A stretch of 64,000 nt of DNA from an uncultured Verrucomicrobiae bacterium (GTDB taxonomy: Bacteria; Verrucomicrobiota; Verrucomicrobiia; Limisphaerales; JAFGQR01), in NCBI GenBank assembly GCA_963788655.1, contig CAWBHS010000060.1, positions 160,001 to 224,000 on the forward strand, written 5' to 3'. Positions within the stretch are counted from its first letter, which is position 1. Every line of letters begins with the position of its first letter. A program made the position numbers and the translations under genes. Below the pieces are notes generated by a model that saw only the letters and a program-made list of their open reading frames with translations, ran no database searches and was not told the origin of the DNA. Positions 47,796 through 57,563 of this stretch are shown here, one piece after another.

Positions 47796-50700
47796 TCAAT
47801 AGAGCGATACGGCCCGGTAGAACCGATGTCGAGGTCCTGCCTCGGAGTGAAGGAGCAGGCTCGTCGAAGTTGCCTGGATGGCGCCGGCTTCGATGCGGTT
47901 CCAAACCTGAAGGTCGAACGATTCTTCGATCACAAACCATTGTCCGGCATTGCCGCGCACTTGGAGCAGGAGCTGTCCGGAATCCGTCACTTCAACAACT
48001 TTCAATTGCAGCACTGCCGGTTGAACTGAGAAATTGACCGTGGCGGTTGCGGTTTCCATTTCTCCATCCGTGACCGTAAGCACCACTTCGTGATCGCCCA
48101 AGGGGAGGAAGGCCTCCGCCGCCCGACCAACGCCAAACGCTTCACCTCCCAAGCTCCATACGAAAGCCGAATCCGGCAGCGATTCCTCTTCCTGATCCGT
48201 TGCACTGGCCTCGAACCGGATTGGTTGGCCGGGGGCAAAGCGGGCGTTTGTTTGCGGCTCGCGAATGATCGGCAGGGGTGGCTTATTGGGAACCGCAAAG
48301 AAATATTCCATATCGGAAATTGTGGTGTTCAGGCCATCGGTGGCAATGAGGCGCAACAAAGCTTCTTCGCTGCCGGGCAATATGGACGGATCGACTTCCA
48401 GGCCATCGCCTTGGATTCCATGCGCGACGGGAATCCAATGGACTCCCTGATCGGGGCTATAGAACAATGAATAAGTCACTTCGTCACCGTCCGGATCGTC
48501 TCCGAACCATTCGACCAGGAAAGGCTCATCCAAGTAGGCCCCGGGTTCGGGAGCAACGATGAATACTTCCGGCGGACTAGGAGTTCTGGATAATTCTGCA
48601 ATCGCCGCTCCGGCGCGCATCAATTCAATTGACGCCATGCCTTCGACTTCGGGAATTTGGAAGTCAAAAGCTACTCGCGCCAACGGATTACCTTCCACAT
48701 CCTCAAAGACAACATCGAAGAATATTTCCAAAAGAATCTCGCCGGCCTCATCAAGCAGGCGCACGGAATAGGGCCCTTCACGAACCGGCAGATGCGGCAC
48801 TCCCGGGAGCGTGCGAACCGGATTCAAGTGGCCTCCACCGTCCCGATCCACCCAACCCGTCACCTGGTAAATTGAGGTTATCTGCTCTTGCATTCTTTCG
48901 GTCATGCTCGCAAACGCAGCACTGGGAGATTGGCGGAAATGGTTCAGAAGATTGGTCCAGTGATAAGTTGAAATCCATGCCGGAGGTGCCTGGCCGGAGT
49001 TGCAGTATGACATAAAATCGGGAATGGCATCGTCCACGATCGTGTCCGGATCCACGGGCGGGCGGGTGTCAAATCCAAATTCCTGGATGTCATCATTATT
49101 CCACGGCCAAACCAGATTCGGACCGGAAGCGCCGCAACCGAAATTCGGATCGGGCGTTCCCCCGGTGCTACTCCAAGTCGCTGGATTGGGATTGCCCACG
49201 TGCCGTCCCCAGGTGCCGTTGGTACTGCGGTCCAAATTGTGCGTGACCTCATGGGCAATCACTCGTTCGTCGAAGCCACCGAAGGCGTCCGGAGCCGCCC
49301 GCACCACCGTTGCTTTGCCGTTGTTGATCCAAACGGGATTCGAGTCTCCCCCGTCCGTGTTGCCGGCCGTGAAACCAACCAATTGATCCGGCAATTCAAA
49401 CGGCGGATTACCCGTGACCAACAGGCCGAATACCCAGCCCAATACCACGTTGCGCATATAGTCATTCAGTTCGTCCTTGGTGTTGTTCAGCGTGGTGGCG
49501 CCAATGACTTTCCAGGATTTGCGAGTAAACTTGACAGCCGGAACCGGGTAAATGCTTTGCAGATAACCTTCCTGGATACCGATCTGATTGTTGTTCGGCA
49601 AAACGGGTGACGAGGCCGAACCGGTGTTGATGGGAATGGTCCATATTCGCGGCGTGGAACAAGGAATGAACTGAACGGGTGTCGGATTGGACATCGCCGA
49701 ATTTTGTCCGCCCGCATATCTGACCTCCCCTTTAAACACTACCTGACCATGCGTCCAACCTGCCGGCAGCAGGAAAAAGGGCGTATCATCCAGGTCATCG
49801 CGGTCCGCTGACAACGGCAAGGTAAACGTCTGCGTTAGCGGTGAGCCGGCCAGCGCACTGCCATTCGACGAAGCGTGAAGAAATACTTGGGCGGGTTGCG
49901 GCACGGACGAGTTTCCGACGGTGAGGTATAATCGCGCGACGGTCTTTTTGTCTTCAACCAGGGGCAACGAGTTTTGCCGATTCTGAATGGCCTGAGTCAC
50001 TTCGATCGCTTGTCCTTCGAAGCTGATATTGGCATTGGGATCACCCGAGGGAATGGGTTCGACCGGGCGAGGCCAATCCTGGAATTCGATTTCGATCCAA
50101 TTCTTGATCGCGTGCATCGAAGCTTCCGGCAACTCGGCGTGAAACGCGGGACTGTCCGAATCGATGGCCAGCCGAAGTTGAGGCGGATTACCGCTGCGGA
50201 CGTCAAGGGCCTCCAGGTCGATGGCCATTTCCACCACGCGATGCGGATTGCATTCAACAACGCGGCCGTCCTGGATCAACATCGAAAAATCTGCGGGAAA
50301 GCAATCGAAGCCCTCGGCCACACTCGAGAAAGCGACTGGCTCGGGCGCAGACCATTCGTCGTTACCCAAGTAGCGCTGCAATTCCAGAAAGCCGGCGTTT
50401 GCCATCAGGGATAAGCGGAAATCGACTTGGGGCGTCAATTCGCCATTGTGATCCCAATCCACCAGCAAGTGGCAGGCGTCGCCCATATCCAGTTGGTCAT
50501 CCGTGAGCACGTTGACCAACAGATAGAGTCGCCCGCGATCATTGATCCAGGCCGTGAACCCCTGCTCGAAGTAGAAGGTTGCCGCGCCATCCCATTCGCC
50601 CCAAGTCAGCTTGCCATCAATGATCGGTGTACGCGTTGCGGGTTCGGCGGTGAGTTGCACATTGGGTGGTACCGGATAGCTGGTATTATCCAGCGGATCG

Positions 50701-53700
50701 GATCCTTCCTGCAACTCGGTGCCATCATCCACGCCGTCCCCATCGGAGTCCGGATTTCCCGCATGAAGTCCACGCCAGGCTTCGTCGAAACTGGTGACGC
50801 CATCGCCGTCGGGATCGGACAGGGCATCATCGGCCAGACTGGGATCCAGACCTTCTTGTTCCTCGTAATCGTCCGCCATTCCGTCGCGATCCGAATCGGC
50901 TGACACGGTAAATGATCTTTCCGCCGCCAACTCGTAACCATCGGCGTCGTGGATGATCAATTGCACCCAATGTTCCCCGGGGGCCAACGGTGCCAGCAAA
51001 AGGGAGAAGCCGCTCCCCACGGACTGAGTATCGCCATCCAAATACCAGGCGGCGGAGACAGATTTTCCTTCCGGATCCAGCGCGGCGCCTTCTACTGGAA
51101 TCGAATCCCATTGAAGATACTGGCTGTCCGGTGCCGGTGAACTGATATGAACAATGGGCATCTTGCCGCTGACCGAGAAAACGTCATCGCTCTCGTCCTC
51201 GCTCTCATTGAATCCATCCGAAGCGACGACGCGAATTCTCGCTTCCATTCCCCCCGGCAGATTGGACGCGTTCGCCACATAAACCGTCTCCGTCAATCCC
51301 ACCGCGATGGGGAACCATTGATTCCCATCCGGACTGTAGAACAAGGAGTAGGTCAACGCGCTATGATCCCGGTCGTCTGCCTGCCATTCAATCCAGATGG
51401 GGTCGCTGTCAACAAACCCTTCACCCCCGTTGGGCGTGAGCAATTCCACGACAGGCGCGTAGGCGGACCGGTAATGGCGCTCGGGGGCTCCCACGGGCGG
51501 GACCACCTCGAACCATTCGGCGCCCTCGGGCCACGCTGTCACCAAGCTGGCCAGGATCACGGAATCGCCCGATGACCAAGTCTCTTGCACCGGAGTTTGA
51601 ATCGGAAATCCCAAATCTAGCCAAATGCTGTCGCGCGCACCAATCCTCAGTCGGAAAGGACTGTCGGGCATGGGAGCTTCTGCTTCCAGGTCCATTGACA
51701 GGCCGAAATCCAGAAATCCAAGACCTCCTTCAGGATCCAGCACGGCATCCACAGCAAGCATCGGGGTCCGGCTTTCGCTGGCCGATACGGGACTCATCGT
51801 ACTCGTCCCCACTCTGTTGGTGAGCTTTTGGAAGATGGACAAATAATCGGCGTCGCGGAAAAACGCCATGTCCGGGGGGCCCGTCCAGGCTCGCATGTTC
51901 GAATAGATCTTACTGGGGTCAATTCGTTGATGGCGCGCATAAGCTTGCCAGGCCAACGGGGGATTATTGGCGTGGTTAAGTCCGAAATTGTGCCCTAGCT
52001 CATGTCCCAAGACGACATAGTCGCCGGGAGTGATCCATGAATAGGGAGAATTCAGCAAACCCGTGCCCGGATCAAACTGATGGAATTCTTTGTTCATCGG
52101 ATGAAACGAATTCGGAAACCAAAGGGTGACATAGTCCGCTTTGGCATAGTCCGTTCCAACGAAGTCGTTGTAATCCTTGAACACTTTCTTCGCCGGTGCC
52201 CAAAGCAGGTTGGCCCCGACATTCTCCCATTTTCTCTGCATGGGCAGCTTGGTTTCGCTGTTCTTGTCGAAGCAGTAGTTGCCGTTGGTATCCACGTAGG
52301 ACCGAAACGTTTCCCCCTGGTCATACTGACTGAGATTGGTCAGCCATTGCCCGGTTTGGAGGTCAAAAAACTCGGCAACGTAATGGGGCAAATCATCCTC
52401 GATGGTGCCGTTGTGATTATCATCCAAAGGCCAGGCATAACGCCGTCCTTCCCATTGCGCCGGCGTTCCCGGAGTGAACAGACCGAACGGAGTGGCCGCC
52501 GGCAGGTTCACCAGGTTGGAACTCGTAATACGCCCGCCGATGATCGAGTCCCCTTTGCACGTCGTGATGTTCGTGTCCACGACCGATTCATGTTCCGGGC
52601 GCCACAAACCCGAAGGATCGGTATCCTTGAACCGCCATTCAAATCCCGTGCCCTTGCAAAAGCTGTTCTGCGTGATGCCGTCGCAAACGTGATGCGGCAT
52701 GGTGTACGTGAACTTAATCCCCGTCTTATCCGGACTCCCGATGGAGCTGTATCCATCCCGCATGGGGAACAGTCGCGCCATCCGATCCAATTGCTCAAAC
52801 ACGCGGTCGTGATCTTTGGCCAACAGGTTATAATCGAACAATTGACCTTCGACCGGCAGGATCAGCAAACGAACCGGTTTGGTCTCCGCAAAGGTAAACC
52901 AACGATTGGCGCAAGGCACCTCCAACGGCGGGCCAATCGGGGTCACGCCAACATACGATTGAAATGTCATGGCGTATTCCCCCGCCTGGTCCACTTGGTC
53001 CGCCGAAATCCAAAAATGCACTCCCGCCAAGTCGCCGGCCGAAGTGAAGTTAACGGTCTGCGGGCTGTAGAGTTCGCCCCATGCGGTATCCACCAATACC
53101 GGACTGCCATTGACGCGTCGCCAAAGCGACATCAGCACGCCATCGACATAGCTTTTCGCGTTGCTGGCAGTGCGCGCCTCAAATTGCGCGCGCACGATGG
53201 TAAACTTACCAGCCACCAGCGGAGCGTCCACGTCGCAAACATCGTTGGTCCGCATGATACCTCGCTGGGTGAGATGAAAATTCACCAATTGCACGGTGGT
53301 CGGAGCCCCAATACTCAAGTTGATCGAATGACTGGCGATCTTACCGTTGGATCCCACCGCCCGAGCGGTCACGGAGTTGTAGCCTTCTTTCAAAACCAAT
53401 GGAATACGGAACCGATAGAAGAGTTCACCGGAAGCATTGAATACTGGAGTGAGGGCCGCCGGATTCCCATTGACGGTCACTTCTCGGATGATGCCGCTCT
53501 CGTGCATCGTGGTTCCTTGCAGGAGGATATTCGGTTGAATCAGAACCTGATTATTCGCGTGCGAGGTAATCGACACTGACGGCGCACTGCTGCTGACACA
53601 ATTCGCGCCACTGGGTTGAAAGGCGAGATCATCAATGGCTTCGGGAGAGCTAGTGTCACCATAGTCGATCACGACCATGCGCGTGGTTCCCGACGCGTCC

Positions 53701-54161
53701 AAAACTTGCAGCGGTGCGTAGAAGTTAGATTGCGGGCTATTAGTCCCGCTGGCCCGAAGCTGGCCCTGGCAATCGAATAACAAGACCGTCGCAGTAACCG
53801 ACCCCGAGCAAGCTCCGACGCATCCCAGTTGCATGCCGACTCCGGAAATGGGCTGATCAAACCATAAGACCAAAGGAACGTTGCGACTGGAAAAGATCTC
53901 GTCATCGGTGGCTTGATTGACCAGAACATTGGGCGCGGAGTGGGCTTGGGCATACGCCACGATCTGTGGGGCCGATTGATAGCTCTGTCCAGGCTGATAA
54001 TCACTGACCACATGGACGCCTTGCTCTTCGAATTCGTGGGTGACCCAGGTGTTCGCAGGCAGGTTATCGAAATAGATCCATACGGGAGCCGCAAACGAAA
54101 GCGATGGAAGACAACCACCCAAAAGGACAATAGCGCGCCAAAACCACGAGATTTTGTTCAT
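47796..54161 (-). CDS. Large secreted protein (~2120 aa) with two zinc-metallopeptidase modules, Ig/PKD-like domains, DxDxDG repeats and a terminal '..S.DL..W..RFYR' domain
   Basis: Uninterrupted ORF with signal peptide MNKISWFWRAIVLLGGCLPSLSFA, GHELGHNFGLNH and AHEVTHNL, DSDRDGMAD/DPDGDG/DSDGDGVDDG, and C-terminal IEESFDLQVW...HRFYRAV. Confidence 0.85.
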   Translation of the reverse strand: MNKISWFWRAIVLLGGCLPSLSFAAPVWIYFDNLPANTWVTHEFEEQGVHVVSDYQPGQSYQSAPQIVAYAQAHSAPNVLVNQATDDEIFSSRNVPLVLWFDQPISGVGMQLGCVGACSGSVTATVLLFDCQGQLRASGTNSPQSNFYAPLQVLDASGTTRMVVIDYGDTSSPEAIDDLAFQPSGANCVSSSAPSVSITSHANNQVLIQPNILLQGTTMHESGIIREVTVNGNPAALTPVFNASGELFYRFRIPLVLKEGYNSVTARAVGSNGKIASHSINLSIGAPTTVQLVNFHLTQRGIMRTNDVCDVDAPLVAGKFTIVRAQFEARTASNAKSYVDGVLMSLWRRVNGSPVLVDTAWGELYSPQTVNFTSAGDLAGVHFWISADQVDQAGEYAMTFQSYVGVTPIGPPLEVPCANRWFTFAETKPVRLLILPVEGQLFDYNLLAKDHDRVFEQLDRMARLFPMRDGYSSIGSPDKTGIKFTYTMPHHVCDGITQNSFCKGTGFEWRFKDTDPSGLWRPEHESVVDTNITTCKGDSIIGGRITSSNLVNLPAATPFGLFTPGTPAQWEGRRYAWPLDDNHNGTIEDDLPHYVAEFFDLQTGQWLTNLSQYDQGETFRSYVDTNGNYCFDKNSETKLPMQRKWENVGANLLWAPAKKVFKDYNDFVGTDYAKADYVTLWFPNSFHPMNKEFHQFDPGTGLLNSPYSWITPGDYVVLGHELGHNFGLNHANNPPLAWQAYARHQRIDPSKIYSNMRAWTGPPDMAFFRDADYLSIFQKLTNRVGTSTMSPVSASESRTPMLAVDAVLDPEGGLGFLDFGLSMDLEAEAPMPDSPFRLRIGARDSIWLDLGFPIQTPVQETWSSGDSVILASLVTAWPEGAEWFEVVPPVGAPERHYRSAYAPVVELLTPNGGEGFVDSDPIWIEWQADDRDHSALTYSLFYSPDGNQWFPIAVGLTETVYVANASNLPGGMEARIRVVASDGFNESEDESDDVFSVSGKMPIVHISSPAPDSQYLQWDSIPVEGAALDPEGKSVSAAWYLDGDTQSVGSGFSLLLAPLAPGEHWVQLIIHDADGYELAAERSFTVSADSDRDGMADDYEEQEGLDPSLADDALSDPDGDGVTSFDEAWRGLHAGNPDSDGDGVDDGTELQEGSDPLDNTSYPVPPNVQLTAEPATRTPIIDGKLTWGEWDGAATFYFEQGFTAWINDRGRLYLLVNVLTDDQLDMGDACHLLVDWDHNGELTPQVDFRLSLMANAGFLELQRYLGNDEWSAPEPVAFSSVAEGFDCFPADFSMLIQDGRVVECNPHRVVEMAIDLEALDVRSGNPPQLRLAIDSDSPAFHAELPEASMHAIKNWIEIEFQDWPRPVEPIPSGDPNANISFEGQAIEVTQAIQNRQNSLPLVEDKKTVARLYLTVGNSSVPQPAQVFLHASSNGSALAGSPLTQTFTLPLSADRDDLDDTPFFLLPAGWTHGQVVFKGEVRYAGGQNSAMSNPTPVQFIPCSTPRIWTIPINTGSASSPVLPNNNQIGIQEGYLQSIYPVPAVKFTRKSWKVIGATTLNNTKDELNDYMRNVVLGWVFGLLVTGNPPFELPDQLVGFTAGNTDGGDSNPVWINNGKATVVRAAPDAFGGFDERVIAHEVTHNLDRSTNGTWGRHVGNPNPATWSSTGGTPDPNFGCGASGPNLVWPWNNDDIQEFGFDTRPPVDPDTIVDDAIPDFMSYCNSGQAPPAWISTYHWTNLLNHFRQSPSAAFASMTERMQEQITSIYQVTGWVDRDGGGHLNPVRTLPGVPHLPVREGPYSVRLLDEAGEILLEIFFDVVFEDVEGNPLARVAFDFQIPEVEGMASIELMRAGAAIAELSRTPSPPEVFIVAPEPGAYLDEPFLVEWFGDDPDGDEVTYSLFYSPDQGVHWIPVAHGIQGDGLEVDPSILPGSEEALLRLIATDGLNTTISDMEYFFAVPNKPPLPIIREPQTNARFAPGQPIRFEASATDQEEESLPDSAFVWSLGGEAFGVGRAAEAFLPLGDHEVVLTVTDGEMETATATVNFSVQPAVLQLKVVEVTDSGQLLLQVRGNAGQWFVIEESFDLQVWNRIEAGAIQATSTSLLLHSEAGPRHRFYRAVSLY

Positions 54162-54546
54162 AAACACAGAGGTAGAACCCGACGTTTGGACCACAACGCA
54201 GAAATCATGTTAGGTTTCTGAGTTCTGATTGAGTAGATTTATTTGTTCTTACTGTTCGGCGTTTCCATCACTAAAACACGCACAGTTCAGCGCGTCCACC
54301 TCTTTTTGCTTGTCACGCTGCGGACGCCCGCGGTTTAAGCTGACAGAGTTCGAACAAACGCACCTTGCGCCGCGGTAAGGACCAGCGGCGTCTTGAACGA
54401 TGGCATGAAGATCTTTTGCAGAGACGGCCTGGCAGTAACGCGCTTGCAATTCGGCGGTAAGATGGAATTACTGCTGCGTCAGATTCGGGGCATTGGCGCG
54501 ACAGTGCCGGAACGTCTTGCTCAGTCCCAGGTCTAACTTGGCGCAC

Positions 54547-57252
54547 ATGTGCAACGAACATCATGATCCCTCGACCCCGAGGTCGAAATCGGAACCAACG
54601 CAAGCAGCGGTTTCGAAGCGGCGCATCCGGTTGGACCCGAGCCTTCCCTGGGTGTTGTCCCTGAAAGCCGTGGCGGAGAATCAGCGCCTGCTGGTAGGGG
54701 GCAAGGCGGCGAACCTGGCCCGGTTGCTACGCGTCGGACTGCCGGTGCCACCAGGATTCTGTATCACCACCACGGCGTTCAAGAAGTTCCTGACGGCATG
54801 TCGGCAGCATGATGAGTTATATGCGATGCTGACCCAAGTCTCTTCCGGCCAACGCGCCGATACTGCCGCTGTCAGCCAGACGGCGGTGGCGTGGCTCGCG
54901 AATACCAGAATGCCAGCATCGGTACAGGACGCAGTGCTCAACGCTTGGCGTGAACAAGGAGAGGCTCGCTGCTATGCCGTCCGCTCCAGTGCGACCGCCG
55001 AGGACGCGGCTGACCATTCGTTTGCCGGCCAGTTTGCGTCCTTTCTGAACGTCCAGGGAAAGGACGCGCTCTTGGAAGCTGTCAAGTCCTGCTGGTGTTC
55101 GGTCTTCTCCGAGCGGGCCCTGGCCTATCAGGTCCAGCAAGGCTTGCTACTGGAGTCATCGGCAATGGCGGTGATCGTGCAAGCGATGGTTCCGGCAGTG
55201 GCGTCCGGGGTTCTGTTCACCGTGGACCCGGCCACCGGAAGCCCCGGGCGCGTGGTCATCGAAGCGGTGCCGGGCTTGGGGGACCGATTGGTTTCAGGCC
55301 GGGTAAATCCGGAGCGCGTTGTCTTGAAGAAAGCAACGTTGCGCGTCATCGAGCACCACACCCCGGAAGCGCCCGGTTGTCTCGATGAAGCCCAAGCACA
55401 GCGGTTGGGCAAGCTGGCGCAAAAAGCGGAAGACCTTTTCAAGGGACCGCAAGACATCGAATGGGCGGTTGCTGGCGGACGCATTTTCCTGCTGCAAGCC
55501 CGACCGGTCACGAGCAAAGTGCCGGCCCGGACCTGGGCGGATCGGCAAGTGTGGAGCAATCTCAACGCGGGCGAGGTTCTGCCCGACGTGGTGACGCCGC
55601 TAACCTGGTCGTTGATCCAGCGCCTGCTGGCGCCGGTCTTCGGTTCGGTGTTCCGGATGCACGGAGCGAACCCGCGCAACTGTCCAATCATTGGCCGGGT
55701 CGCGGGCCGGATTTACTTCAACGTCAATACGGGCCTGGCGGCGCTGCGACCCTTCGCCTTTCTCGTCATCCGAATCCCCAACGTGCCGCAGGCGTTGGGG
55801 GGCCTGCAAATCCGGTTCTTTGAAAGTGGCAAATTGGACCTTCCCGAAGAAGATCTGCCCGACCTGGGTTTCCGTTGGTACAAATACGTGCTTTCCTGGC
55901 CTCGCATTGTGTACGATTTCGTCAAGCATTCACCGCGGCGAGGTGACGCGTGGACGGCCCGTCTTGGGAACCGGCCCAATCCATTTGCCGCAGTAGATCT
56001 TGATGCGTTGTCCGCGCCGGAATTGGCCGGCCTCGCGGACCATCTGGTGCAAGCCGAATTCAAGGGCTGGGACCTCTTATATCTGTTCACGCAAGCCTTG
56101 GCGCTGCCGGTGTTCCAGAAGGCCTGCCGGGACTGGTTGGACGATCCCGATCTGAGCCTTGGTTATCGTCTGTTCGCGGCTTTGGGAGGTCTGCCGGAAA
56201 CCGAAGCCGGACTGGATCTCTGGCGCCTGGCCGCCCTGGCCCACGCTGACCGGGAAACGGAAGCTACTCTGCTCCGGGAAGACAATTGGGCCGCCGTCCG
56301 GGCAAAACTCGAGCCGACCGGCCCCGGCCAGGAATTCGTAAAGGCGTGGGGGCGGTTCATGGGCGAACACGGTCATCATTGCCGGGGGGAACTTGAATTG
56401 TTCAACGCGCGTTGGTCCGAACGGCCTGCCTACATTTTAGGGTTGGTGCAAGGTTACCTGCGCGGCATCGATCAAACCAATCCATTGGAAAACCAGCGCC
56501 GACTTGCCCTGGAACGTGAGCAACTGACCGCGCAATGTCTCCAGCGGCTCAGGAACCCGATCAAACGCTGGATTTTTGCGCGATCATTGGGCCGGGCACA
56601 AAAATTGGCCGTCAACCGGGAAGTGTGGAAGAACCAGGCGGTGCGCCAATTCGCAGTGCTGCGCCGGATTCTCCTGGCGCTCGGCAGGCGGCTGGAGCGC
56701 GACGGCGTCCTGGAGCATGCGGAAGATGTCTTCTTCCTCGAGGTGGCAGAGATCGGTCCCACGGCGGCCGGTCGTGGCGATTTCGACGCGCCAGCGCTTA
56801 TCCGTCAACGGCGTACCGAGTATGAAACGAATCTGACGTTGACTCCACCGCCGGTCGTAAGGGGCCGGTTTGATGCCAGCACACCAGTCGCAGCGGCCGC
56901 GGACACCCACACCAACGTATTGAGCGGCATCCCGGTGTTTCCCGGCGTCGTCAAAGGACGAGCCCGGGTGATCCTACGAACCGATGACCACGAACAGGTG
57001 CTACCGGGCGAAATCCTTGTCGCGCCGTTCACCGATCCGGCTTGGACGCCCTATTTCCTTCCTGCCGCCGGCGTGGTCGTGGAGCAGGGCGGAATTCTGT
57101 CCCACGGCAGCATTGTCGCCCGGGAATACGGTCTGCCCGCCGTGACCAACGTAACTTCAGCCACGCAGATCATCCGTACCGGCGACCTCGTGCAGGTGGA
57201 TGGAAGTCGAGGTCAAGTGATGGTTTTACAACGGCCTGGCACCGGTGACTGA
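54547..57252 (+). CDS. PEP-synthase/PPDK-related phosphotransferase with rifampin phosphotransferase (RPH)/PigC-like domain order
   Basis: ATP-grasp VGGKAANL, PVPPGFCITT, AVRSSATAED...SFAGQF and FLLQARPVT. Central domain NAGEVLPDVVTPLTWS, GRIYFN and GHHCRGELEL. C-terminal His-swivel PGEILVAPFTDPAWTPYF...GGILSHGSIVAREYGLPAV. Start uncertain. Confidence 0.85.
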   Translation: MCNEHHDPSTPRSKSEPTQAAVSKRRIRLDPSLPWVLSLKAVAENQRLLVGGKAANLARLLRVGLPVPPGFCITTTAFKKFLTACRQHDELYAMLTQVSSGQRADTAAVSQTAVAWLANTRMPASVQDAVLNAWREQGEARCYAVRSSATAEDAADHSFAGQFASFLNVQGKDALLEAVKSCWCSVFSERALAYQVQQGLLLESSAMAVIVQAMVPAVASGVLFTVDPATGSPGRVVIEAVPGLGDRLVSGRVNPERVVLKKATLRVIEHHTPEAPGCLDEAQAQRLGKLAQKAEDLFKGPQDIEWAVAGGRIFLLQARPVTSKVPARTWADRQVWSNLNAGEVLPDVVTPLTWSLIQRLLAPVFGSVFRMHGANPRNCPIIGRVAGRIYFNVNTGLAALRPFAFLVIRIPNVPQALGGLQIRFFESGKLDLPEEDLPDLGFRWYKYVLSWPRIVYDFVKHSPRRGDAWTARLGNRPNPFAAVDLDALSAPELAGLADHLVQAEFKGWDLLYLFTQALALPVFQKACRDWLDDPDLSLGYRLFAALGGLPETEAGLDLWRLAALAHADRETEATLLREDNWAAVRAKLEPTGPGQEFVKAWGRFMGEHGHHCRGELELFNARWSERPAYILGLVQGYLRGIDQTNPLENQRRLALEREQLTAQCLQRLRNPIKRWIFARSLGRAQKLAVNREVWKNQAVRQFAVLRRILLALGRRLERDGVLEHAEDVFFLEVAEIGPTAAGRGDFDAPALIRQRRTEYETNLTLTPPPVVRGRFDASTPVAAAADTHTNVLSGIPVFPGVVKGRARVILRTDDHEQVLPGEILVAPFTDPAWTPYFLPAAGVVVEQGGILSHGSIVAREYGLPAVTNVTSATQIIRTGDLVQVDGSRGQVMVLQRPGTGD

Positions 57253-57563
57253 GCACACGCCCCCCCGGCTCACCGTCATTGATCGATCTCCGTTTTCCGG
57301 TTTCCCGGTACGACGACCATCGTGCGGGCATCAGATGCATCGGAGCCACTTCCCCATTTCAGCGGCTACAGCCGGTTGGCCACTCAGGCAGCTTGGAACA
57401 ATTTCGCGTTAACGGCGCTTGCGATAAACGTCGTCCGGGGCCCAACGGAATAGGCTTGGTTGTTCGCCGGGTGCCCGAAATCGAATTACTCAGATTGAAT
57501 TGGGATTCCCGCTTGCAATGGCGGGTGCCTTTGGGCGTAATGGGCCTCCGTTGTTTTTGCTTT

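Noticed and set aside
54547..57252. Calling this gene ppsA or a confirmed rifampin-resistance gene
   Set aside because: The domain order excludes PpsA, and RPH substrate specificity cannot be established from motifs alone.
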